From Octopus sinensis (lineage: Eukaryota), in the NCBI RefSeq assembly GCF_006345805.1, contig NC_042997.1:146196001-146260000 (forward strand): DNA of 64,000 bases, written 5' to 3'. Numbering within the stretch: position 1 is the first letter of the stretch; every line of letters starts with the position of its first letter. This document shows, piece after piece, positions 51,591 to 64,000 of this stretch. Both the position numbers and the translations under genes were made by a program. Below the pieces are notes generated by a model, which saw only the letters and a list, made by a program, of their open reading frames with translations, made no database searches and was not told the origin of the DNA.

Positions 51591-54500
51591 TCCTCTTTCA
51601 ATTTTGTGTCGATTTCTTGCCGAGTGTCTTCCTGACACCCAGGGCATAGAAACTTACTGTATACATCGGTAAACCATTAGAATAAACATACCAGATTGTT
51701 CAGTTACAAAGTCATGTGATACAGAAAATGGGGAAGTAAGACAGAGAAAGGGTAAAAAGAAAAATGAAAATAAATAAAGAACATAAGGGGTGAGAACGGA
51801 AAGAAAATTCACAGCGACAATGCTCTTCTCAGTACACGTGGCGCTCCAATTAAGACAATATTTCTTCTTCCTGCATGGATGATAAGCCAGGGATCATTTT
51901 CAAATATTTTTAGTTCCTTTTTTAATCATTCCAAGTGCTCTTACAATCACTGGTATTGTAACCATCTTGAGATATCACATCTTTTCGATAAGCAAATTTT
52001 TATATTTTCTGAACTTATCAAATTCTTTTGCTGAGGTATTATGGTCACAGGGTATGCTCTTGAGAAATGCCTCTACCTTTCGGTAGTGCATCTTATTGCA
52101 AGTCAGCAGCTTACGGATTTTCCAATCAATCTTCCATATTTCTTTCATATTCCTCTGAAACGGTAAATGCATTGAAACTGTAAATAACAATTGGAACTGC
52201 TTAGGAATTTATAGATAACACCTTGTTAAGTGCATTTAACTCGGATTTTAGGACTGATCAAACTCTCCTGTAACATTCCTTCCTGATTTTTTTCATGCTT
52301 TCATGCTGACTGCAAAAGCCCACATTTATTTTGAGGTATTTATTCCTGCTCGAGTTCTTTTATAACTGTGTCAACATTTAACCACTGAGGTCTTCAATTT
52401 CTCTTTTCTGGAAAGCGTCCATGGCACATTTATCGAGACCAAATTCCATCCCGATGTCATCATTGAATGCTTTCACAGTATGTAGTGGTCCTTCAAGCTC
52501 CCTATCGTCTTTTCCATAGAGTTTTAAGTCATCTATATAAAACAGATGACTTATTTTCTTGTCGCCAATTTTATAATCATACCCTGTTCTATTAAATTCA
52601 CTTGCAATGGATATTAGAGTTATGCAAAAACTTAGAGGTGAAAGTGAGTCACCTTGGAAAATGCCGCAGTTGATATCAATATTGTTTGAGGTCAGTACTC
52701 CATTTGTGTGTTATAATTAGAGATTCGTATACCACACCGAGATGTTGTGCTTCGGGAAGTTTGAAATTACAGGAGAAATTTTGAAGATATCCAGCGATTT
52801 CAAGATCAATAAATGCGGTATGCATTTATAATGAATCCATGCAGAACTGAGATTTCTTCGTTTGTAATTACAGTTTTCAAGGATCCTGTGATTGATTAAT
52901 AGTTGGTCTTTGCATGAGCCTCGTCGGCACCCTTTTTGTTCGGTGGGGAAAATATCGTTCTATTCCATAAATTTGTATATGTTTTCTCCAGGAGGATGGA
53001 TGTTAAAATTTTATATTTTTAGTTCCTTTTTTAATCATTCCAAGTGCTCTTACAATCACTGGTGTTGTAACCATCTTGAGATACCACGTCTTTTCGATAA
53101 GCAAAGAAATTTGGAAGATATCCAGCGATTTCAAGATCAATGAATGCGGTATGCATTTATAATGAATCCATGCAGAACTGAGATTTCTTCGTTTGTAATT
53201 ACAGTTCTCAAGGATCATGTGATTGATTAATAGTTGGTCTTTGCATGAGCCTCGTCGGCACCCTTTTTGTTCGGTGGGGAAAATATCGTTCTATTCCATA
53301 AATTTGTATATGTTTTCTCCAGGAGGATGGATGTTAAAATTTTATATTTTTAGTTCCTTTTTTAATCATTCCAAGTGCTCTTACAATCACTGGTGTTGTA
53401 ACCATCTTGAGATACCACGTCTTTTCGATAAGCAAAGAAATTTGGAAGATATCCAGCGATTTCAAGATCAATGAATGCGGTATGCATTTATAATGAATCC
53501 ATGCAGAACTGAGATTTCTTCGTTTGTAATTACAGTTCTCAAGGATCATGTGATTGATTAATAGTTGGTCTTTGCATGAGCCTCGTCGGCACCCTTTTTG
53601 TTCGGTGGGGAAAATATCGTTCTAGTCCATAAATTTGTATATGTTTTCTCCAGGAGGATGGATGTTAAAATTTTATACGTGGTAGATAGACATGTTATGG
53701 GCCGATAGTTTCGGAAAAATTTGGTTTCATTATTCTTCGGGAGTAGGTAAGTAATACCTCTTGCCAACCAATCAGGATCACTCATAATTTCATTGAGTAG
53801 CTGAACTAACACTTCGCGTGCGCACGGGAGCAATGCGTGCCAGATATCTGGCACCATATCATTGCATGGGGATTTCCATTTATGAGCCTTCGTGAGTGTC
53901 ATCCTTAGGTCTGCTACTGTGATGTCTTCCCATGTTTGTTCTGGTAAATTTTGGTAAGGTCCTTCTGTGCGTCTAATCTAGTCTGCATTTTCATTGTATG
54001 TCTTTTCATCACTTCAAATATTTTCCCAAAAGTTTTCAACTTCTTTGGGAAGGGGCTCTTCAATGGTTACTTTCTCCTTCCTTATTTCTGTGTAGAATGT
54101 TTTCGCATTGGATGTGAACAGCTTATTTTGCTTGTAAAACTTGTTTCCCTTCTCAAATCTTGTTACTCTTTGATCTTTTGCTTGGACTTTTTGTTGCAGT
54201 GTTTCTTTTGTATTTTCTCTTCATCTTTCTTCTTTTCTGGATTTTACATCGTTTCCATAGATTTGTTAATTTAATATTGATATTTCACCTGTCATTATTT
54301 CAATCCCTTTTTCAATTTTACTTTTCCAGGTTGGAATTCTTAGGTCTGTATTTCTTTCTTTTTCTTTTTTTCTTTTCAAAGTTATGCAACTGGTTTCAAT
54401 TGTCTTAGCAGTTGCGCAAATAATTCCGTTTAACTCAGTGAGATCTGGTTTTAGTGCTTGTATGATTTCTCTTGTTACATAGTTGCCAATTTCAATTTGT

Positions 54501-55450
54501 TTTCTATTTTGGATTGTATTTGAGAGTCTATGAAGTGGTTTTCTATCATGCATATATTGGCGTGCTTTACAATTGCAAGTATATTCAGGACTTTCTGCTT
54601 CATTTCTATCATAGATTCTCTATGTTCTTCAGTAAATGTGTAGTCTTCAAATATTGTTTTTTTACCACTTTTCTTCGCTATCTATATCAAGTTCATTACA
54701 AATTATTTCTTCAGACGTTTGCGTGTTCTGGTCACATGGCAGTCTTTCATTTGGGACTTGTGGAGAGTTGCTCTCTTCGTATGGCTCTTTATTTCCTTTG
54801 TCTTGTATTTAGGTCATTTTCCGCTGCATGCTTGATCGTGATTATTTCAAGACATCCCTCCTAACATTTTCTAACTTGTTTTCGTCCAAATACAGTCAGC
54901 TGTCTTGATTTCGTATTCTCCATATTTGATAAGAGCGTACGGTGAGTTTCTCTTCAGATGGCTAACCTAAAGCATTGTAATAGGCGTATATTACTCCTGT
55001 ATACTCTTCTCGGGCTTATTTGATCTTCTTACATTTTCTTTCTGCGGTGGGTGTGGTGGTGGACTTGGAGGGCTTACGTTAAGGCAGTTCCCGTTCTACC
55101 CAGGCTGGCTCTCTCCAAGGTTACCAGATTAACCATAGGACAAGCGATTTGGTGTACTGTTATAGCTTTCCTTTTTGTTTCGAAAGACATATTCGTGCTA
55201 CATTAAAAATATTAGTATTGAGCCCTGTGTAGCAAATGTAGAGACGGTTGTTGTGTTGTTGTCCCTGCCACTATTGTCAACTCCGCTATTAATACCATTA
55301 CAGTTGCTTTAACCTTGCCATTACACCATTGTTCATCGTTTGTTACCACCATAGTGTTTTGATCTGTATCGTTTCAACTAACCCTTGTAGCCAGGGCGAG
55401 AGTATAAACCGTTATTTAGTTAAGTCTGCCATCTTTGCTCCTACTACTGT
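51591..55450 (-). mobile_element. R4/Dong-clade non-LTR retrotransposon with internal deletion and chimeric 331-bp tandem expansion
   Basis: PTWKSKIEK; WLARGITYLLPK; NYRPITCLST; GIFQGDSLSPL; HLFYIDDLKLYG; GMEFGLDKC; C-terminal [13 protein letters not shown]...RVLRRALSL*. Confidence 0.92.
52775..53677. repeat. X-Y-X-Y-X tandem array, period 331 bp
   Basis: X (241 bp) at 52775-53015, 53106-53346 and 53437-53677; Y at 53016-53105 and 53347-53436, matching 51904-51996. Confidence 0.95.
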
Positions 55451-56167
55451 GTGATATTATTAAATGTTGTTTAGTTTCGACTGTTGTCTTGCACTTTAGA
55501 TAATCATAAATACGTGAGAGTTGAAGGGGATAGTAGGAGGACGAGAGGCAGTTTGGTGAATAAACATTGAAATTACAAGAGTCTGTAAATAAGTTCGGCA
55601 GATGGTGAGAAGGAGATCAACAATGAGGCTTCGCATTCCTGTGCGATTAAGAAACAAAAGTAGCGTCACACCCTTGCGGTTAGCAGAGGTCAAATGTGTT
55701 TACTATCACAGCGATAAATGACAACACTGACCTTGACCTTGAAGAGAACTTACTTTGTTCTGTTTTAATTACTGATAAAAAAATAATAATGTTCTGTTGT
55801 GTCTGGAGAGAGTCATTCTCTTTTAGTGCCTTATAATTTAACACATTCGCCGGTAAAATTTCCACTTCTTTTTTATTTTTCTAAAATTTTCGTTGCGTCT
55901 TGCAACCTTTTCAAAGACATAACAGAATATGCTTCAACACACGAACTCATATAAAGAATCTTGCAAACCAAATGCAAAAACGAAATAAAATAATAATATG
56001 TATACTAATATTTACATCGTTGAATTTTTCTTTTCTTTTTATAGGTTTTGCTGTGGTTTACAGCTTTCGTAATTGTGCAGTATATATATTGAAAGTTATC
56101 TCCTTCATGTTTATCGTGCGTTTAATAGAGTTTACATGTTTGAGTAGTCAGGGAGGAAAGAAAAGTA

Positions 56168-56475
56168 AAATATTCACAGAAAATTGCAGGTATCAAAGTT
56201 TGTAAGGTTTTCTAAAGATGATCGTTTGTGTGTCAGACCAGAGAAAACTGAAGAGTTCTTGCAATAGAAGGGACATTTACATTTCCGACTACCCAGGGAA
56301 AAAGGAAAGGATAGATATTCACAGAAAGTTGTAGATATTAAAGTTTTAAAGTTTTAAAGATGATCGTCTGCGTGTTCGACCAGAAAAAACTGTAGATATG
56401 CAAGTTTTAAAACTTAATTTGAAAGTAATTTACAATACTCACAGGAAATTGTAGATATTCCAGTTTTTAGAGTTA
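56168..56475. repeat. Degenerate tandem repeat (ATATTCACAGAAA.TTG.AG.TAT.AAAGTTT...AAAGATGATCGT)
   Basis: Two long and one partial unit at about 56170, 56313 and 56435. Confidence 0.7.
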
Positions 56476-56525
56476 TCTTACAGTTGTTCTGCTAGGTTGT
56501 ATTAGTATTTTTATTTTTATTATTA

Positions 56526-56560
<35 letters not shown>

Positions 56561-57034
56561 TATTATTATTATTATTATATTATTATTATTATTATTATCA
56601 TCACCTAGTTGGAGATGTATTTTTGGAGCGCTGTAGGTTTATGTTTAAATCACTTGTTTCAAAAGGTTCTATACTGCATTTTGTTGGTTGAATTGTTTTG
56701 CAAACCAGCTGCCTTTCTGGTGGGCTGACGTTTGTTAACCAAAGAGATGCAGCTTTTATACTCATTCTAAGGAGTAGCTAAGATGATTACATCGGCCCCA
56801 GTGTTCAACTGGCATTTATTTTATCGATTCCAAAAGGATGAATGGCAAAGTCATCTTTGGTGGAAATTAAAGTCAGAACGTAAGGACCAACCAAATATCG
56901 CTAAACACTTCGCTTGGCGAACTAACAATTCTGCCTTAACATCGGTATTATCAGATAAGAATGAATCTAATATTTATATTTTACTACTCGTTATTTGAGA
57001 TGCCTCACGCATTATATAAATAACTATATATATA

Positions 57035-57090
<56 letters not shown>

Positions 57091-57210
57091 ATCATTTTCT
57101 CATTTTATTAAAATTTTCTTTCATTTGAGCATTCTGCTTTTTTAAAAAAAATTTGTCCTTACTTATCATTTCTCCACGTGCGGTCAACACAACCCCACCA
57201 TTTATTGATC

Positions 57211-57242
<32 letters not shown>

Positions 57243-57823
57243 GAGGTTGAGATGTGTATAAACCCCAACTACACGCCAGAAATAGATGCCCAATGACATT
57301 AAAAACCACTTCCATACGCTATTAATACACGTTGTAAGCGGGCAGATGAAAAATAAATAATATTTCTGGATTAATTGTAAATCAATTTCTAGTTTAGCGC
57401 AGGGAAAACACCTTGCTGTCATCACTACAATTTGTCAAAGTATAAAAATATTTGCATTTATATACTTTGACATAATGTAGAGATGACAGCAAGAAGTTTT
57501 TTCCTGCGCTAATCTAGAAATCGACTTACAATTAATCCAGAAATCTTATTTATTTTTTCATCTACCCGCTTAAAACATTTTGGGGTGATACAAACCTTTT
57601 CATTTTCAAATTTTTCGAAAATTTGTTTCGAAGTAAGTAAATATTGAAGATTGCGACGAAAAGCAGGAGTGAAGAAGGAAAATGGTACAGCAATTTGCAC
57701 GAGAACTTCTCCGTCTTCCCCACCATGATTGGCAGTAGACAGCAAGAAGAGAAGAAAAAAGAATGGAAGAAGAAGTAGAAGAAGAAGAAGAAGAAGAAGA
57801 AGAAGAAGAAGAAGAAGAAGAAG

Positions 57824-57854
<31 letters not shown>

Positions 57855-58029
57855 GAGGAGTCAAGAAAAGAAGAAAGAAGATGAAAAGCAGTAAGAAGGC
57901 GAGAGGAATGAAGGAGTAAAGTCTTCCTCTCAACATGGGGATTGTAGTAGCAAGCAAAACAACATTGAAACGGCTAACATAAATGGAGTTGACAGCGATA
58001 TTTTGCAAATATCACGGCAGCTAAGGAAT

Positions 58030-58420
58030 GAATTAACAAAATAGAAAAGCTAGACAAGGCAGCAAAATTTATGAAAGTGAATGGAAGAAGGGCAGAACTG
58101 ACCCCTCCAAGCGACGTGCTCGAAGCAACAGCCAAACGAACAATCGTCTACAGATGTATCACCCGCAAAATGGGGCTTTGGTTATCAAAGACAAGGAATC
58201 TCGAAAATGCTAACCGCGACCAGGTGGAAAAAGCCTTGAAAGATACATGGCGAGATATCCACCACATTGCGAGAGCGAGGCAGTACGGCGGAGTAGAGGT
58301 CCTTTTTAAACTGAAGAGCTGGTGATACAGAACTTGGTGACCATGCGTCGCACCGAGGAAATCGCCCTCTTCCCAACATACATGGAAGAAGGGCGGTACG
58401 AATTACAGCACTTGCAATCC
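58030..58420 (+). mobile_element. Degenerate LINE ORF1-like fragment (L1/Tx1-type)
   Basis: DQVEKALKDTWRDIHHIARARQYGGVEVLF...IALFPTYM.RRAVRIT resembles an RRM-type ORF1; no database check possible. Confidence 0.4.
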
Positions 58421-58429
58421 AGGCTTGGA

Positions 58430-58700
58430 TCTATGGTTTTGGACTACCTTGTCGTGTCTGCGCTTGTATTCTTTTATGACTTTCACAAGCACTAACAATG
58501 TGAGTCACACTTTCGACCGTCTTTCCACCATATTCTTTCGTTTTAATTTGTGGTATATATCCCTTTTCAAGGAGATATTGAGTTATCACTTGACAACGGT
58601 GACAGAAAGCTGCTCTGACTCACACAAATACAACTACTACAACATCAACAACAACAATACATGAAGCAACAATAACGGCAACGATAACTACTACTACTAT
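58430..58700 (-). mobile_element. Second copy of the short R4/Dong derivative (5' part)
   Basis: Shares about 220 bp with 51280-51490; retains KEYKRRHDKV. Confidence 0.8.
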
Positions 58701-58703
58701 TAT

Positions 58704-58779
58704 TATTGTTTTCAGTCGCGTTTGTTTGTTTGTTTGTTTGTCCGTGGACAAGATTTTTCAAGAACCGCTGGATGGATTC

Positions 58780-58781
<2 letters not shown>
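58704..58781 (+). mobile_element. Truncated HINE fragment
   Basis: TATTGTTTTCAGTCGCGTTTGTTTG...GAACCGCTGGATGGATTCGG matches 44879-44951. Confidence 0.85.
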
Positions 58782-58858
<77 letters not shown>

Positions 58859-59024
58859 GGAGAGGGAGAGATTTAGCAGAAGCAATAGAGTGATTCAAGT
58901 GCTGAGAATTTCGTGCTTTGATAAGGGCCAACACACGAAATCTCCGCCTTTGAGTCATTCTGTTGTTTAATAAAAAATATACATTTACTCATATTTTGCG
59001 CTCTATTCCTCCTGCTTTTCATTA

Positions 59025-59082
<58 letters not shown>

Positions 59083-59360
59083 TTATGTATATATGTATGT
59101 ATGTATGTATGTATGCATGTATAAGACAAGGTATGAATAATGGCTTACAGCTGTTTCCAGTAGTCATTATAGGTACCTTACTGATAGGTTTAGACAATTG
59201 GTCTATTGATCAGTTGAGAAAAATGGAATGATCTAAAAAAAAATTAATGCTACTTTCGTCAGAGCCATTTCTAGTTATCTTTTATATATCATGAAAAAGG
59301 AGATTTTCCGACTGCCTTATTTTCCTTATTACATATATAATACATACATACATACATACA

Positions 59361-59392
<32 letters not shown>

Positions 59393-59405
59393 ATATATAT
59401 ATAAA

Positions 59406-59437
<32 letters not shown>

Positions 59438-59765
59438 AAGTTAATCCAAACAAGAAATCACATAAAAACACAACGCGAGGACGTGGAACAAATATAGTAT
59501 TATTGGACGCTCAGGAAAGAAGGAAAGAAGGAAGGTTTAACATTTCGAGCGGAGCTCTTCGTCGGAAACATAGGAGAAGGAAAATCCAGAGAAGGGAAGA
59601 CACAGGAAAAAAAATCACCAACGGTACACACGAGGTCACACACACACATATATATATATATTTCATAAAATTAATGATTTTATCAAGTGGCCAGTGTGAA
59701 ATAAAAACCTTGTAGGTAACGTTTTATACTAATTCATAATTATATAAAATAATTATATTAAAGGG

Positions 59766-60168
59766 TGCGTATAAACCCCACAGCGCGCTAGAAATAGACG
59801 CCAAATGGCGTTAGAAACCACATCCATACTTCATTAGCACGTGTTTTAAGCGGGTAGATGAAAAAATAAATAAGATTTCTGGATTAATTGTAAGTCGATT
59901 TCTAGATTAGCGCAGGAAAAAAACTTCTTGCTGTCATCACTACATTATGTCAAAGTATATAAATGCAAATATCTTTATACTTTGACAAATTGTAGTGATG
60001 ACAGCAAGGTGTTTTTCCTGCGCTAAACTAGAAATCGATTTACAATTAATCCAGAAATCTTATTTATTTTTTCATCTGCCCGCTTACAACGTGTATTAAT
60101 GGAGTATGGAAGTGGTTTTTAATGTCATTGGGCATCTATTTCTAGCGTGTAGGTGGGGTTTATACGCA
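59766..60168. mobile_element. Fold-back (palindromic) MITE-like element with about 190-bp arms
   Basis: TGCGTATAAACCCCAC...GTGGGGTTTATACGCA termini; centre near 59960-59975; truncated inverted copy at about 57250-57577. Confidence 0.85.
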
Positions 60169-60296
60169 TCTCAATCTCTGTGTGTGTATGTATATATGTA
60201 TATATTTATATATATATATATATATATACTTTATTAAAAAACAGCAGAAATATCACAAAAGCTGTTCACGTTCCATTCGTCGGATAGTTTTGTTTA

Positions 60297-60340
<44 letters not shown>

Positions 60341-60361
60341 TTATATATATATATATATATA

Positions 60362-60397
<36 letters not shown>

Positions 60398-61500
60398 CAT
60401 ACATAACATATATATGTATATATATGTATGTATATATGTATGTATATATATATTATGTCTGTGTATACACACATACACACACAAATTTAGATGCGTGAGA
60501 CATCTCAAATAACGAGTAGTAAATTATAAATATTTGGAAATCATTTACGTAAACCTCTATAAATATTAGATTCATTCTTATCTGATAATATTGATGTTAA
60601 AGCAGAATTGTTAGTTCGCCAAGCGAAGTGTTTAGCGATATTTGGTTCGTCCTTACGTTCTGATTTCAATTTCTGCCGAAGATGACTTTGCTATTCATCC
60701 TTTTCGAATCGATAAAATAAATACCAGTTGAACACTGGGGTCGATGTAATCATCTTAGCTACTCCTTAGAATGAGTATAAAAACTGCATCCCTCTGCCAA
60801 GCCATAGGCTCATAAAACCAGTATGATCACAGGCTCAAATTCATGGACTTCACATCAAACCGTGGTTGGTTAGTGAGAACATGCTGAGGCCCTTGTTCTG
60901 CAGTAGATTGAACATAGTCAATCCAGTCCGAGGTAACAAAAGTTTCTTGTACTATAAGGAGACGAATCCAAGCATTTTGAGCCAAGCCATTTATCGGTGA
61001 GGAAGAGTTGATCAAATTGACGAACGTGTGGTAGACTTATTACATTTAACCATATTGAATGAACAGATAAAGTGGATTACCACCATATCGATTATGGGTT
61101 CATATTCGATGCAGATGTTTCTAGGCTTAACATTTAATTCTGTACGCTTAAATCCATCTAAATGTCGAATATAATTCAATGGGATTGCTAGCCTATTGAT
61201 AGACACATTAGATCGTAAAGATTCAAAACATTGCATCTGTTTACTGAGTGCACTGTTGTGCGTGAGCTGAATATTTTCGAGAGTTACAGCTGTCATCGAT
61301 TTACCACTTGATCATTTAACTCTGCGCATAATATTGTTTTCAGATTTTGGCCTAAGGCCAATAATTCCTGGGAGAGGATAAATTAATTATTTTGATCTCC
61401 ATTACTCAACTGGTACTTATTTTATCGACCCTGAAAGGATGAAACACAAAGTCGACCTCCGCGGAATTTGAACTCAGAACGCAAAGACGGACGAAATGCT

Positions 61501-61713
61501 CTCTTTTACTCTTTTACTCTTTTACTTGTTTCAGTCATTTGACTGTGGCCATGCTGGAGCACCGCCTTTAGTCGAGCAAATCGACCCCAGGACTTATTCT
61601 TTGTAAGCATAGTACTTATTCTATCGGTCTCTTTTGCCGAACCGCTAAGTTACGGGGACGTAAACACACCAGCATCGGTTGTCAGGTGATGCTGGGGGGA
61701 CAAACACAGACAC

Positions 61714-61748
<35 letters not shown>

Positions 61749-61920
61749 CATATATACGACAGGCTTCTTTCAGTTTCCGTCTACCAAATCCATTCACAAT
61801 GCTTTGGTTGGCCCGAGGCTATAGTAGAAGACACTTGCCCAAGGTGCCACGCAGTGGGACTGAACCTGGAACCATGTGGTTCGTAAGCAAGCTACTTAGC
61901 ACAGAGCCACTCCTGCGCCT
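61501..61920 (-). mobile_element. tRNA-derived SINE, near-intact, abutting another SINE fragment (61345-61500)
   Basis: Reverse complement of the 24949-25357 family. Confidence 0.9.
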
Positions 61921-62699
61921 ATAAGCATTTTTTCCGGCGTGTTGCCAATTCTGTCAGCTCACCGCCTTAACTCTGATCATAATATCGCCAGTACTCCATT
62001 ATGACATTGACAAATGCTATCCTCTTAAGCATGTCTCTTCTCATCCTACATTTACCCAAAAGATATTTCAAAGTCCTCTAAGAGAATTACTCATTCTTGT
62101 CCTGTTGCAGTTCAAGCAAAGATCACGGTCAACAATCTTGAATAAAATAACCCAGTCCTACAAAATGAACGGTCATTACGCACAAAGTATTTAAACACTG
62201 CATTCTTTTAACTGTGCCAAATGACAATACTTTGATATGAAGATTTTTCACGAACTAACAAAGGTACCTCTACGATATTACTCAACCAAAATTCCCTTAA
62301 ATCAGACCATGTGAAAGGAAAGACCCATCATTGAATAAAATATTCATAGATATATTCGTTTGCATTATGATGGTATAATGATATACTGAACATTTGATCT
62401 TAGGTTTGTTTGATTAGAGCTGGGCTTGTGCTAAGCATCGGCATATTGTTATATTTGCACTAAGTCATAAATTCGGATGTGGTTGATCGATTGAAGTAGT
62501 CCCGCTACTTTATAAATATATCGATACTTTAAGGATAAATGACAAATTCGATAATGGCTGAAAGTTGTTGTTAGCAGTTATTGCAGTTGTTGTTATGGTT
62601 TGTGGTTGTGGTTTTTGTTGTTTTGCTCCAAGTGTACGACGATCGAGCAGACAAAAGATCACAGAAATTTTCAACAATACTTGTGCGCTCGCGCATGTA

Positions 62700-62735
<36 letters not shown>

Positions 62736-64000
62736 AGTGTGTGTGTTTGTGTGTATGAGTGTGTGTGTGTGTGCATATTGTGTGTGTATGTGTGTGCGCG
62801 CGCGTGTGTGTTGGTGAGAGGAGTTTGATATATGTACCTGTATACAGAAGGCTGGGTGAGGACGCATGGCATAGTGGTTAGGGTGTTGTATTCATGATCT
62901 TATGATAGTGATTTCGATTCCTGGTTCGAGCGATGCATTTTGATCTTGAGCAAAACATTTCATTTGACGTGTTTTTATGCCATGTTAGCTAGAAACAAAG
63001 GGAAATGACAAGATGTCATCTACTTTAATGGTTTTCTGCTAGGCACTCAGGTGTGTGAAAATTCGTTCTCTGTATGGGATACCTTGGGGGAAAACCATGT
63101 TGCAGCCTATTCGAGGCCGTGACGCCGGTGTTCCCAACGTCATACTTGGAAACTCTCATTTCCCTATCAGAACTGACTGGCAACCTAACCAATTTCAGAT
63201 TCTCTGGGACCGTGACTGTCTCTATGTCTCCTCTTTGTATAATTTCAGGGAGCAGTTCTTTATTTTCTTTCTTACGAAATTAGGCGCAACTTGTTTCTAT
63301 TTGCGTGTTTATTCGAACTTGTTTGTTTGCCATATGGTTTCCCTCTTGTATGTTTGTAGTACTTACCAGAGTATGATCCAAAGACTCCACCACAGATGGG
63401 GGTAAGTGCATGATCTTTCTTTCCTGTGATTATATCTGTGATTTTGCATGTAAGTGGTGGGGCTGGTAAACAAGGGCAGGGGAAGAGAGAGAGTAGGGCT
63501 GCGATGTTCCCTGGTGTCCTCTGGGATTCCTCCGATGGACCTCTTCAGTAACGTTACTCGACAGGAAATGCAGCTCGGATATCAGTGAGTCTCTCCGTAT
63601 CGAACCTTTACTTCTGCCATTGAGAAGTCACAGCTCCGGTACTATGGACAAGTGATTAGATTATCGCCGGAAAAATTCGCGAGACGGGCTTCTCAAGCCG
63701 AGTCAGCTAGCAAGAGACCTAACAGTGAACCAAGAACCAGAGGATTGGATATCTATAGTCTCAATTGGTTACGCTTGGGTATTCAGCTGGAAAGCATAAT
63801 GACAGTTGCTTCTGATAGGACCCTATAGAGAATTTGCCTTAGGGATTCTCGCAACGACTTTCCCAGAAATAGACGGCGTAAAAAATGAATGAATTGATCG
63901 ATGGGTTTATAAACTAATCTACTTCTTTCAACTAATGGTGTATACAAACTGAACTTTTCAAAGAATGGTGTTTAAAAGCAACGCATTTTAAGGAATGCAG

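Larger units (their letters stand above)
56746..60790. repeat. Local inverted duplication: arms at about 56746-57577 and 59842-60790
   Basis: SINE plus unique flanks and palindromic MITE present in opposite orientation at high identity; the TA-tract middles differ. Confidence 0.85.

Noticed and set aside
52775-53677. Regularly spaced repeats as a CRISPR array
   Set aside because: Eukaryotic context; 241-bp repeats with identical spacers derived from a retrotransposon.
60790-61340. Non-repetitive block with short ORFs (60827-61296, minus strand)
   Set aside because: No recognisable motif in any frame; left unassigned.

Overview
Repeat-dense, AT-rich eukaryotic DNA. The SINE repertoire and microsatellite load suggest a coleoid cephalopod such as Octopus; this is inference from repeat types, not a database match. 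Most ORF-track entries are microsatellite read-through or decayed transposon pieces. Contents: many tRNA-derived SINEs (several with exact TSDs); four Penelope-like elements (PLEs); three R4/Dong-type non-LTR retrotransposons plus short internally deleted derivatives, mostly abutting microsatellites; CR1, RTE and LINE-ORF1 remnants; mariner, Tc1 and maT DNA transposons and MITEs; two non-autonomous Helitrons; a Helentron-associated (HINE) element; one short LTR with a tRNA-Ser PBS; and a local inverted duplication. Two things stand out. (1) There are about eight type I hammerhead ribozyme (HHR) motifs or remnants in about seven apparently distinct short element families. They include an intact HHR in a 352-bp retrozyme-like unit, a G3/C8 core-swapped HHR and a tRNA-headed SINE with an HHR tail. 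Several share a PLE-like head-to-head inverted junction. (2) A spliced minus-strand gene at 26.2-26.6 kb encodes a 69-aa secreted 8-cysteine peptide with mytilin/CS-alpha-beta-like motifs. All coordinates were read by eye; boundaries of degenerate elements are approximate.
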